Positions 18,271-27,607 are shown, counted from the stretch's first letter. The stretch is 64,000 bases of DNA from a bacterium (GCA_021800275.1 JAJYZB010000002.1:70997-134996), one strand, 5' to 3'. Numbers and translations: made by a program. Notes: generated by a model from the letters alone, not told the origin.

Positions 18271-19395
18271 TCACTTCCTTTTTTGAAAGTTGCTCTGCTG
18301 CTCTGATGAAGAAAGCCCTGAATCTCCTGCAGGGAAAACAGCAGAAGGAAGAAAAACCTTTATTGAAGCGCCTCTGTTTATGGAAGAGTGCACTTCAAAG
18401 ATTCCTGAGAGTAAAGAAGCCCTTTCTGCGATTCCTAAAAGTCCCATACCCTGACTTGTTTTTCGAGCTGTTTCGACATCAAATCCAATGCCATTATCTT
18501 CAACTTTTAACATCACTCCATCGGGCTGAAAACAGAGTCGTACTGAAACTTTTGTCGCTTTAGCGTGCTTCATAATATTATTCGCAATCTCCTGAGAAAT
18601 CCGATAAACTGCAACTTCTGCAGCATCAGACAAAAGAATCTCCTTTCCTTCTGTGGCAAAATCTGTGTGGATTCCATTTTTTCCTAATTCTTCTCGAAAA
18701 AGTGACAAGAGTGCCTGTTTCAGCCCCATGTCTTCCAGCAGCATAGGACGTAGATTAAAAACCAGGTGCCTCAGTTCTTTTAAATCTTGATCAATCACTT
18801 GTTTCACCTGTGCCAAAGTCATTTTACACGAATCCAAGACTGAAGAATCAAGAGGAGCAGAAATGAGCAGTTCCACTTCTTCAATCCGCATTCTGAGGGT
18901 GGTCAGCCCCTGCATGGTTTCATCATGAAGATCACGAGCAATCCGCCGGCGTTCTTCTTCCTGCGCAAAAATCAATCTCTCAGCTAACAGATGAGATCTC
19001 TGTCTCTCTAAATTGAGAACATCCAGCATTTGATTTAAAGATCGAACACACAAATTGACTAAAGGTCCTGATGCAGGATGAGAAGCAGCGCGAAAATTTA
19101 AATCACCTTTTGCCACCTGATCCATGGCTTGAGATAAAGAACGGAGTGGAGCAAGAACCATTTTAACAAACCAGGAGCTTAACCAAAGGGTTCCTGCAGC
19201 AGATAAAACAATCAACAAAATCCCCTGACTATGGGTTAAAGGAAGACCTCTCATTCCAATGAATACTAAAAAACACCAGAACAAAACAATAAAAAAATTG
19301 GCCCAGAAAATTTTCTTGGATGTGTCCAGTCTTTTAAACCACTGCAGAAATTCTGTCGAATCATCCAAAGAAGAAATCTTTTTAGAATCTGTCAT
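18271..19395 (-). CDS. Sensor histidine kinase (HisKA_3/NarX-type) with N-terminal TM segments
   Basis: 'ERRRIARDLHDETMQGLTTL' H-box, 'EDNGIGFD' and 'GMGLLGIAERA' HATPase motifs; directly abuts the response regulator gene. Confidence 0.8.
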   Translation of the reverse strand: MTDSKKISSLDDSTEFLQWFKRLDTSKKIFWANFFIVLFWCFLVFIGMRGLPLTHSQGILLIVLSAAGTLWLSSWFVKMVLAPLRSLSQAMDQVAKGDLNFRAASHPASGPLVNLCVRSLNQMLDVLNLERQRSHLLAERLIFAQEEERRRIARDLHDETMQGLTTLRMRIEEVELLISAPLDSSVLDSCKMTLAQVKQVIDQDLKELRHLVFNLRPMLLEDMGLKQALLSLFREELGKNGIHTDFATEGKEILLSDAAEVAVYRISQEIANNIMKHAKATKVSVRLCFQPDGVMLKVEDNGIGFDVETARKTSQGMGLLGIAERASLLSGIFEVHSSINRGASIKVFLPSAVFPAGDSGLSSSEQQSNFQKRK

Positions 19396-19591
19396 AACCT
19401 AACCTCTTGCATCATAGATCCAATAATCCTCTATGCTTTTTTTATCGTATCAGAAGTTTCCTGGTTTTTCTATCAGTCAGATACCTGATTTGTTATACTG
19501 GTCTTCTGGCCTCTTTTCTGCAGCATAAAAAATCAGGTGTTTTACTGATACTCTGCATTCATTTTTTATGCTATGATAGAATTTGTTCTTG

Positions 19592-20263
19592 ATGATTATG
19601 GACTTAAGCGTTCGAGAGACCTCTTCTCTATTAAATATTTCTGAAAATAAAATTTACCGCTGGATTCAAAACGGTTCCATTCCCGCACACAAGCTGCATG
19701 AACAGTATTACTTAAACCGTGTATATCTCCTGGAATGGGCTGCTGCACATCATTATTCTGTGTCAAACCCATCTTTTAACATTAATCCACTGCAGCAGAA
19801 GGCTCCTCTTTCCATGGCTTTAAAAAAAGGAGGAATTTTTTATAATCTTTCTGGCGTCTCTAAAAAAGAAATTTTCCAAGCAGCAGCACATCTGCCTGGA
19901 ATCCCCAGCTGCATCAATCGCAAGCTTTTAAATCAAATTTTACAAAGGGACAGCATGACTCCACTCCTTTCTTTTACTAAAGAGGGAATCTTTATTCCTC
20001 ATCCTCGATATCCATTTGTATTTTCGATTCCTGATCCAGTCCTGCTGCTGTGTTCTCTCAAGTCACCTGTTATTTTTACCCTGAACTGTCCACCTGCTCA
20101 AGCTTTTTTTCTTCTTTTTTCCCCCTCTGTTCTCTTCCACATTCAAATCACAACTCTCTTAACAGTTTTCCTATCCGATGCTGTTCTGAAGGATCTCATT
20201 CTTCTGAGCGCCCCTGGAGAAGCTATTCTAGATCGCATCAAAACTCTAGAAGCGCAAATTTGA
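19592..20263 (+). CDS. Helix-turn-helix (excisionase/MerR-like) protein fused to a PTS EIIA(Ntr)-like domain
   Basis: 'LNISENKIYRWIQNGSIPAHKL' HTH; C-terminal 'GIFIPHPRYP' resembles the EIIA-2 His region; stop TGA overlaps the ATG of the next gene (TGATG at 20261-20265); start ambiguous (TTG 19583, ATG 19592 or 19598). Confidence 0.5.
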   Translation: MIMDLSVRETSSLLNISENKIYRWIQNGSIPAHKLHEQYYLNRVYLLEWAAAHHYSVSNPSFNINPLQQKAPLSMALKKGGIFYNLSGVSKKEIFQAAAHLPGIPSCINRKLLNQILQRDSMTPLLSFTKEGIFIPHPRYPFVFSIPDPVLLLCSLKSPVIFTLNCPPAQAFFLLFSPSVLFHIQITTLLTVFLSDAVLKDLILLSAPGEAILDRIKTLEAQI

Positions 20264-22257
20264 TGCAGGTACTTATTTTAATTTCGCTGCTGATCCTTGG
20301 CACAGTCCCTCTGCTGATCCTGTTTTTCGCTGAAAACGAAAAGCTAATTCTTGCTGTTGGAACAATTGGAAATGGAGCTGCCTGCTGCATCGGTTTAACT
20401 GCAGCTCTTGGAGCTCTTATAACGGGAGAAACCTGCTCTTTAAAAGCAGTATGGTCACTTCCCTTGGGAAAAGTTGCCATTGGACTTGACCCTCTTTCCT
20501 CCTTTTTCCTGGTCTGTATTTTCCTGGTATCCGGGCTTTCAGTCCTGTATGGAAATGGATATTTTTCTTATGAGATAGGAAAAAAAAAGTTAAAGTCCCC
20601 TCTTATTTTTTCCAGCCTGTTAACAGCTTCTATGGTAGGAGTCGTCATTTCGCGAAATGGAATTTTATTCCTTATGTCATGGGAGATCATGTCTCTTTCC
20701 TCATTTTTCCTGGTCACCTTTGAAAATGAGCGCAGAGAGGTTCGCAGAGCAGGGATCTTATATCTCATGGCATCCCAGGCAGGGGCTCTTCTTCTTTTTG
20801 TCTTATTCGCTCTTTTAAACCGAAATTCAGGCAGCTTTAATTTTAATTCTTTTCACATTTCTTATGCGAAAATGCCGCGGACTGCTGATCTCTGTTTTTT
20901 ATTAGCGCTGCTTGGATTTGGGACAAAAGCAGGTTTCTGGCCTATTCATATTTGGCTGCCTGAAGCCCATCCAGCTGCTCCAAGCCCTGTTTCTGCTGTC
21001 ATGTCAGGGGTGATGATTAAAATGGGAATTTACGGAATTCTACGCACCCTTCTTTTTTTAGGAACTCCGCCGCTCTGGTGGGGAGGAGTGGTGCTTGGAA
21101 TAGGAGTAGTTTCAGGAATATTAGGAGTCCTGCATGCTTTAACAGAGCATGATCTAAAACGTCTTCTGGCCTATCACAGTGTTGAAAATATTGGAATTAT
21201 TACAATTGGGATTGGACTCGGTCTTTTAGGCAAGGCTTTAAATAACCCTGTCGTCACTTTTTTAGGATATGCTGGAGCCCTGCTGCACGTGCTGAATCAT
21301 GGAATTTTTAAAGGGCTGCTGTTCCACAGCGCTGGAAGTGTGATTCATGCAGCTGGAACAAGGAATATGGAAGAGCTTGGAGGATTGTACCGCTTTATGC
21401 CAGTAACAGGAAGCGCTTTTTTAGTTGGTTCTATCGCCATCTGCGGACTCCCCCCTTTCAATGGATTTATCAGTGAATGGCTGCTCTATATGGGAGGATT
21501 CATCGGTTCTTCTCATTTTTTTTCGACAGCAGGGGAGCTGCTCTGTCTAACTGCAGTACCAGCTTTAGCCCTGATTGGCGGGCTGGCAGTTACCTGTTTT
21601 GTAAAAGCTTTTGGGATCACTTTTCTCGGAAATCCCAGAGTCAATATCCCTGTTAAGATCCATGAATCCAATCACTCCATGCTGATCCCCATGATTCTAG
21701 GCTCTTTTCTGTGTGTTCTGATCGGCTGCTGGCCCCTTGGAATTCTCAATATCATCACTCCTGCTGCAGCAGTTTTAGGAGGGGGAGCTAGTGGCACAGC
21801 ATCTGTGCTGAAAACTCTTGCTAGAGTCCCTTACTTTGCAGCCCTGCTCTTTATTCTAATCCTTTTATTTTCCCTGCTGCGGTGGAAACTGCTTCAAAAT
21901 CGCGATGTCAGAACAGCTTCTACCTGGAGCTGTGGTTATACCACCTATCATACAAGAATGCAGTACACGGCTTCCTCTTTTGCTGAACCAATCCTCACCC
22001 CTTTTGCATCCTTAATCCATTCTCAGATACGGCATGGAAAAAAAGTGGATGGGTATTTTCCCGCTGAAGCCCGATATGAAAAACATTTAGGGGATATTGC
22101 TCATCAAAAATGGTTTCTCCCGTCTATTCGAAAAGCAGTCGGCTTTCTTTCGCAGCTTCGCATCCTGCAGCATGGGAAAGTCCAACTGTACCTTCTCTAT
22201 ATTGGTGGAGCTTTTGTCATGCTTTTAATATGGCTCTCCATCTGGGGAGGTCATTGA
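20263..22257 (+). CDS. Proton-pumping antiporter-like membrane subunit (HyfB / NuoL / MrpA family)
   Basis: 'WPIHIWLPEAHPAAPSPVSAVMSG' signature, many TM helices; ATG at 20263 overlaps the upstream stop. Confidence 0.8.
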   Translation: MQVLILISLLILGTVPLLILFFAENEKLILAVGTIGNGAACCIGLTAALGALITGETCSLKAVWSLPLGKVAIGLDPLSSFFLVCIFLVSGLSVLYGNGYFSYEIGKKKLKSPLIFSSLLTASMVGVVISRNGILFLMSWEIMSLSSFFLVTFENERREVRRAGILYLMASQAGALLLFVLFALLNRNSGSFNFNSFHISYAKMPRTADLCFLLALLGFGTKAGFWPIHIWLPEAHPAAPSPVSAVMSGVMIKMGIYGILRTLLFLGTPPLWWGGVVLGIGVVSGILGVLHALTEHDLKRLLAYHSVENIGIITIGIGLGLLGKALNNPVVTFLGYAGALLHVLNHGIFKGLLFHSAGSVIHAAGTRNMEELGGLYRFMPVTGSAFLVGSIAICGLPPFNGFISEWLLYMGGFIGSSHFFSTAGELLCLTAVPALALIGGLAVTCFVKAFGITFLGNPRVNIPVKIHESNHSMLIPMILGSFLCVLIGCWPLGILNIITPAAAVLGGGASGTASVLKTLARVPYFAALLFILILLFSLLRWKLLQNRDVRTASTWSCGYTTYHTRMQYTASSFAEPILTPFASLIHSQIRHGKKVDGYFPAEARYEKHLGDIAHQKWFLPSIRKAVGFLSQLRILQHGKVQLYLLYIGGAFVMLLIWLSIWGGH

Positions 22258-23183
22258 TGCTGGTTCTTGACATTTTTATTCACCTGATCCTCCTAATTTT
22301 ATTCCCTCCTTTTTTAATTGGATTTATCAATAAAGTAAAAGCCTGGACAGCAGGAAAACAAGGTCCTTCTTTATTTCAAGTCTATTATGACATAGAAAAG
22401 CTTTTAAAAAAAGGGGCTGTATACAGCAGCACAGCCACCTGGATCTTTAAAGCAGGACCTATCCTGACTTCTGCCAGTCTTGTCTGCGCAGGATTAATCC
22501 TTCCCATGATGAGAAATCACTCTACTTTTGGATTCACAGGAGATCTCATTTTTTTTGTCTATCTCTTTGCTCTTGGACATTTTTTTCTTTTAATTTCAGC
22601 CCTTGATGTGGGATCCAGTTTTGAAGGAATGGGAGCCAGCAGAGGAGCTGCTTTTGGAACTTTCGCAGAACTGGCTCTTTTTTCAGCCTTGGCGATTTTC
22701 TGCATCCCTGCTGGAAGCCCTACTTTTAAATCTGTTTTCACAGCTTTACCCTGGAAAACATGGGGTTTTGCTCACCCCGCATATTTAGCAGGAGCCCTCG
22801 TTCTATTGGCTGTGCTGCTGACAGAAAATTCGCGGCTTCCCATTGATGATCCCAATACCCATCTTGAACTCACCATGATCCATGAAGTCATGGTTCTGGA
22901 TCACGGAGGTCCTGATTTTGCTTTTATCCTTTACAGCAGCTCTCTGAAACTACTTCTGCAGGCAGACCTTTTGATTCACTTCCTGCTTCCTTTCCCTTCT
23001 CATCTCACAGAGGAAGGAGTTCTTCTTCTCCTCAGCGGTATTTTGGGGATAGGAATTCTGATTGGGATTTTAGAGTCTGTTACTGCGCGGCTCAGACTGC
23101 AGCGAATCCCTCAATTTTTAATCGGCGCTTTTATCCTGACAGTTTTAGGGTTAATGATCTCTTTTTATCGAGGGGCGCCGTGA
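22257..23183 (+). CDS. HyfC / HycD / NuoH-like membrane subunit
   Basis: N-terminal 'FLIGFINKVKAWTAGKQGPSLFQVYYDIEKLLKK' (NuoH-like); TGATG overlap with the upstream gene; GGGGAGG RBS. Confidence 0.75.
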   Translation: MLVLDIFIHLILLILFPPFLIGFINKVKAWTAGKQGPSLFQVYYDIEKLLKKGAVYSSTATWIFKAGPILTSASLVCAGLILPMMRNHSTFGFTGDLIFFVYLFALGHFFLLISALDVGSSFEGMGASRGAAFGTFAELALFSALAIFCIPAGSPTFKSVFTALPWKTWGFAHPAYLAGALVLLAVLLTENSRLPIDDPNTHLELTMIHEVMVLDHGGPDFAFILYSSSLKLLLQADLLIHFLLPFPSHLTEEGVLLLLSGILGIGILIGILESVTARLRLQRIPQFLIGAFILTVLGLMISFYRGAP

Positions 23184-23833
23184 TCCCTTACGTTAATTTT
23201 ATCCTGACTGCTGCTATTGCTCTAAATCTTTATATTGTCTCTTCAAGCAGACTGAGGAGCTGTGTTCAGGCAGCTGCTTTACAAGGGAGTGTTTTAGCTT
23301 TTCTTCCTATTCTGCTCTGGGGAACCCAGGCTTCTAAACTAGAAATCATCAATCTCCTTTTAATCGGGATTGGAACCCTGGGTGTGAAAGCCCTCCTGAT
23401 TCCTTTCCTTATGTTTCGTTCTATTCAAGAAGCCAATGTGCGCCGAGAAGTAGAACCTTTTATCAGCCTCCATCTTTCTCTTTCTGCTGCAGCAGTTCTG
23501 GTGATCATTTCCTTTTGGATTTCGAAGGTGACGGGTCTCCCCCATCCTCCCTCTGCCTATCTTGTTCCAGCGGCTTTTTCTGGGATTTTGATTGGGTTCT
23601 TAATCATGGTCAGCAGACAGAAAGCGATCACTCAGGTGATCGGCTACTTAATCTTTGAAAATGGAATCTTTATTTTTGGACAAATACTGTTTCAAAAGAT
23701 CCCCTTAGCTGTAGAATTAGGGGTGCTGCTGGATCTTCTTGTGGGGATTCTTGTCATGGGAATCGCCATTTATCATATCAGCCGAGAGTTTGACCATATT
23801 GATGTCAGTCGTTTGGATGGATTAAAAGGATGA
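23180..23833 (+). CDS. HyfE-like small membrane subunit
   Basis: 217 aa polytopic membrane protein; GTG start overlapping the upstream stop (GTGA); position in operon matches hyfE. Confidence 0.6.
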   Translation: MIPYVNFILTAAIALNLYIVSSSRLRSCVQAAALQGSVLAFLPILLWGTQASKLEIINLLLIGIGTLGVKALLIPFLMFRSIQEANVRREVEPFISLHLSLSAAAVLVIISFWISKVTGLPHPPSAYLVPAAFSGILIGFLIMVSRQKAITQVIGYLIFENGIFIFGQILFQKIPLAVELGVLLDLLVGILVMGIAIYHISREFDHIDVSRLDGLKG

Positions 23834-25296
23834 ACCACAGCTCCCTTCTCATCTGGATTTTCCTTCTTTTTCCTGCTGCAGCTGCAGTGGGATGTCTTAT
23901 CCTCAGAAAAGCAAGCTGGATATTTCGTTTTATTATGGTTGGGGCCGCAGTGGATGCAGGGCTTGGTTTTATCCTTATTCAATCACTTTTTCAAAAAGGC
24001 GCCCTGCGCGCAGCAGGTTCATGGCTTCGAGTTGATACTCTTTCAGCTTATTATATTCTCATCATGATTCTCGTATTTTTAATGGCTTCAATTTATGCTG
24101 CCCGATATTTCAATGAGGAGATTCAAAAAGGATCCTTAAGTGACAAAACAGCTGCTCGATTTGGATCCCTCTGGTTTGGAACTTTAAGTGTTATGACCCT
24201 GGTCCTTCTTTCTAACAATCTCGGATTAATGTGGGTTGGAATTGAAGCCACCACGTTAGCCACGACGTTTCTTATCAGTCTGCATCCTTCTCCATTATCT
24301 TTAGAAGCCGCCTGGAAATATGTGCTGATCTGTTCTGTTGGGATTGCTCTTGCCTTCCTTGGAACTCTTTTTGTGGGAGCAGCAGACAGCAGCAGTCTAA
24401 TATGGACCAAACTGGCAAGCCATGCTTCAATCTTAAATCCTCAGTTAATGAAAATGGCTTTTATTTTCCTTCTGATAGGATATGGCACAAAAGTAGGGCT
24501 GGCTCCTCTTCACACCTGGCTGCCGGATGCCCACAGCCAGGCCCCTGCGCCAGTCTCAGCAGTTTTTTCCGGATTCATGGTCAATGAAGCCATGTACTGC
24601 ATTATGCGTTATCTTCCAATTGTTAATGGAGCAGTTGGGAATTCCCATTTTTCAAGGGATCTTCTTTTATTTTTTGGCATCTTTTCAATGGCTGTCGCAG
24701 CAGTCTTTATTCTATTTCAACATGATATTAAAAGACTGCTGGCTTACAGTACAGTGGAACATCTAGGAATTACTGCAATTGGCTTAGGACTTGGAGGACT
24801 CGGGGTTTTTGCAGCGCTTTTTCATACGTTAAACCACTCCATCTGCAAAACAACTGGTTTTTTGTCTGCAGGAAAATTAGGCCAAAAATACGGCACTCAT
24901 GATTTAAGAAAAATGCCAGGAACTCTTCAGAAAGAACAGGTCTGGGGATTGGGTCTATTCTTGAGCCTTATTATCTTAGTCGGATCTGCCCCTTTTGCTG
25001 TGTTCATGAGTGAACTCCTGATCATCAAAGCAGCTGTGGATCATCACCACTTTCTGCTTTTAACATTTTTTCTAACAGCTCTGGGAATTGTTTTTATAGG
25101 AGTTCTTTCTCACGCAGTTTCAGCAGTTTGGGGAGAACCCCCAGGTGATCATGTTCTTCCTGAACCCAATCACCTGGGAGATATGCTGCTGGTTGGAGCC
25201 CCACTTCTTTTACTTTTAATATTAGGAATCTGGATGCCTCATCCACTTCGAGAGCTTTTAGAAAAATCAACTTTTATTTTAACAGGAAAACAATGA
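23830..25296 (+). CDS. HyfF / NuoN / NuoM-like antiporter-type membrane subunit
   Basis: 'LAPLHTWLPDAHSQAPAPVSAVFSG' signature; ATGA overlap with the upstream gene. Confidence 0.8.
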   Translation: MNHSSLLIWIFLLFPAAAAVGCLILRKASWIFRFIMVGAAVDAGLGFILIQSLFQKGALRAAGSWLRVDTLSAYYILIMILVFLMASIYAARYFNEEIQKGSLSDKTAARFGSLWFGTLSVMTLVLLSNNLGLMWVGIEATTLATTFLISLHPSPLSLEAAWKYVLICSVGIALAFLGTLFVGAADSSSLIWTKLASHASILNPQLMKMAFIFLLIGYGTKVGLAPLHTWLPDAHSQAPAPVSAVFSGFMVNEAMYCIMRYLPIVNGAVGNSHFSRDLLLFFGIFSMAVAAVFILFQHDIKRLLAYSTVEHLGITAIGLGLGGLGVFAALFHTLNHSICKTTGFLSAGKLGQKYGTHDLRKMPGTLQKEQVWGLGLFLSLIILVGSAPFAVFMSELLIIKAAVDHHHFLLLTFFLTALGIVFIGVLSHAVSAVWGEPPGDHVLPEPNHLGDMLLVGAPLLLLLILGIWMPHPLRELLEKSTFILTGKQ

Positions 25297-26798
25297 ACGT
25301 AAACTCTTCTTCACCCTCTGTGTTCTGGATCCGAAATGGAGACTCCATCCCATTATCCCGGGTTCCTTTCTACACTCCTGAAGATTTCCGCAGAATCTGC
25401 CTTGAACAGGTTTATTCAGGGGGAAGGCTTGCTCTGCTTTCATCAGTTCCCGCTCTCTACGGCAGAAAAGGAGGGAAGACCCTCCTGGCTCTTGCAGCTG
25501 ATGATGAGAATGGAAAAATTGGAGTTCTGTGCGCTGATTTAGAAGAGAAAAACTCTTATTTAAGCCTTTCTTCAGAAATTCCGCAGGCTCAGGGATTTGA
25601 GAGAGAAATCTTTGAAGAACAAGGGATTCTTCCAAAAAATCACCCCTGGCTTAAGCCCTTAAGAAAACAAGAAACTCCTTATCCGTTTTTTAAAGTAAAA
25701 GGGGAGGGAATACATGAAGTGGCTGTTGGTCCTGTTCATGCAGGAATTATTGAACCAGGGCATTTTCGATTTCAATGTTCAGGAGAAACTGTTCACCATT
25801 TAGAAATCCAGTTAGGGTATCAGCACAGAGGAGCTGAAGAGCTTTTTCTTCGATCCTCACCTGAACGAAGATTGGTCATCTCAGAATCTTTTGCTGGTGA
25901 TACGGTTATTGGACATGCTCTGGCTTACTGCATGGAAATTGAAGCCCTTTCTAAGTCAGAACCCCCACTTTATGCCCATATTCTTCGAGGGGCAGCCCTT
26001 GAATTAGAACGAATTTCGAATCATATAGGGGATCTAGGGGCTCTGTGCGGTGATATTGGGTATCTTCCTGGAGCTGCCTGGTTCGGGAGAATCAGAGGGG
26101 AATTTTTAAACTGGCTAATGGAACTATCCGGGAACCGATTTGGAAGAGGACTTCTGAAGCCAGGAGGGGTGAGGTTTAATTTGAGCGCTCAACAAACAGA
26201 AAATTTCTTAATCCGCTTAGATAAAGCAGAAAGAGATCTAAAAGAAACAGCTGAACTGACCTTCAATCATCCTGCAGTTTGTTCAAGATTTGAAGAAACA
26301 GGGATCGTTTCGCGCGCTGCTGCAGAGGCTTTAGGAATGGTAGGACCAGCAGCCCGCTCCAGCGGCTGTGAAAGAGATGTCAGAAGGGATCACCCCTTTG
26401 GGATTTTTCGATTTTATCATATTCCAACAGCTGCAGCAGATACAGGAGACGTCATGGCTCGCGCTGTGCTGAGGTGGCTCGAAACAGAACGTTCTATTCA
26501 ATTTATCCGGGAGCAGCTGACAGGACTCCTTGAACAATCGCTGGAAGTTGAACTGCAGACAGAAATTCAAAAAATGTCTCCAGAACACCTTGCTGTTTCA
26601 ATGGTAGAAAGCTGGAGAGGAGAAATTCTGCATTTGGCTGTCACCACTTCAAAAGGGGAAATAACAGGATATAAAATTGTGGATCCTTCTTTCCACAATT
26701 GGTTTGGACTGGCTCTTGCTTTACGCGGAGGCCAGATCTCTGATTTTCCTTTGTGCAATAAAAGTTTTAACCTTTCGTACTCTGGACATGATTTATAA
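25293..26798 (+). CDS. Fused NuoC-NuoD-like 'large subunit' (HycE/HyfG-like) lacking both NiFe-binding cysteine motifs
   Basis: NuoC-like 'FEREIFEEQGILPKNHPWLKPLR'; NuoD-like 'GPVHAGIIEPGHFRF...LGYQHRGAEE'; L1 position reads 'ERRLVISESFAGDTVIGH' (no CxxC); C-terminus reads 'DPSFHNW' instead of DPCxxC. Confidence 0.75.
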   Translation: MNVNSSSPSVFWIRNGDSIPLSRVPFYTPEDFRRICLEQVYSGGRLALLSSVPALYGRKGGKTLLALAADDENGKIGVLCADLEEKNSYLSLSSEIPQAQGFEREIFEEQGILPKNHPWLKPLRKQETPYPFFKVKGEGIHEVAVGPVHAGIIEPGHFRFQCSGETVHHLEIQLGYQHRGAEELFLRSSPERRLVISESFAGDTVIGHALAYCMEIEALSKSEPPLYAHILRGAALELERISNHIGDLGALCGDIGYLPGAAWFGRIRGEFLNWLMELSGNRFGRGLLKPGGVRFNLSAQQTENFLIRLDKAERDLKETAELTFNHPAVCSRFEETGIVSRAAAEALGMVGPAARSSGCERDVRRDHPFGIFRFYHIPTAAADTGDVMARAVLRWLETERSIQFIREQLTGLLEQSLEVELQTEIQKMSPEHLAVSMVESWRGEILHLAVTTSKGEITGYKIVDPSFHNWFGLALALRGGQISDFPLCNKSFNLSYSGHDL

Positions 26799-26821
26799 AT
26801 ATTGATCATGGAGAAAAACCA

Positions 26822-27607
26822 ATGTTTAAACTTTTAAAAGCAAGACTGCACCAGGGATATCAAACTTCCCGATTTCCTGAAGCAGAGATAAAACTCCCTG
26901 AGCGATTTAGGGGAAAACCTGTCCTTGATCCTGCCCCTTGTCAAGAGAACTGCTCAGCCTGTGCAGCAGTTTGTCCTACACAGGCGATAACTCTTGATCC
27001 TTTTCAAATCGATCTCGGAGCCTGTTTGTTCTGCCCTCTCTGCCAGGAAGTATGTCCCGAGAAAAAAATTCATTATACCCCTGATTATCATTTAGCCGTC
27101 AATTCCAAAAAGGACTTAAAAATTTCAGAAAAAGAAGCAAAATTAGCAGAGGCGCTGAAGACTGAAATGCTGAAAGTGTTGGGACGATCCTTAAAACTCC
27201 GTCAGGTTTCTGCAGGGGGATGCAGTGGATGTGAAGCAGAGCTGACAGCCTTAGGAAATGTCGTGTTTGATTTGAGCCGCTTCGGCATACAATTTACAGC
27301 ATCCCCTCGTCATGCTGATGGAATTGCTGTAACAGGGCCTGTTTCAAAAAATATGGAAGCAGCGCTGCGAGAAACCTATGCAGCAGTCCCCTCTCCTAAA
27401 ATAGTGATTGCTGTAGGAGCCTGCGCCATCAGCGGCGGCCCTTTTGCAGGAGCCAAAGCAGCTCTCCTAGGAATTCCTGAAGATATCCCTGTGGATCTGT
27501 ATATCCCAGGCTGCCCTCCACATCCCTTAACCATTCTGGATGGCCTGCTGCGATTATTGAACCGAATCAAAGGATCTCCTTCCCCATTCCAAAAATCAGG
27601 TGTTTAA
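26822..27607 (+). CDS. Fusion of a 2x[4Fe-4S] ferredoxin domain (HyfH/NuoI-like) with a NuoB/HycG-like small subunit
   Basis: 'CQENCSACAAVCP' and 'CLFCPLCQEVCP' clusters; then 'GGCSGCEAE', 'GACAISGGPF', 'PGCPPHP' small-subunit cysteines; GGAGA RBS. Confidence 0.75.
   Translation: MFKLLKARLHQGYQTSRFPEAEIKLPERFRGKPVLDPAPCQENCSACAAVCPTQAITLDPFQIDLGACLFCPLCQEVCPEKKIHYTPDYHLAVNSKKDLKISEKEAKLAEALKTEMLKVLGRSLKLRQVSAGGCSGCEAELTALGNVVFDLSRFGIQFTASPRHADGIAVTGPVSKNMEAALRETYAAVPSPKIVIAVGACAISGGPFAGAKAALLGIPEDIPVDLYIPGCPPHPLTILDGLLRLLNRIKGSPSPFQKSGV

Noticed and set aside
25293-26798. Calling this gene a [NiFe]-hydrogenase large subunit (HyfG/HycE)
   Set aside because: Both cysteine-pair ligand motifs are absent at the expected L1 and C-terminal positions; the operon architecture is hydrogenase-like but the catalytic site is not.
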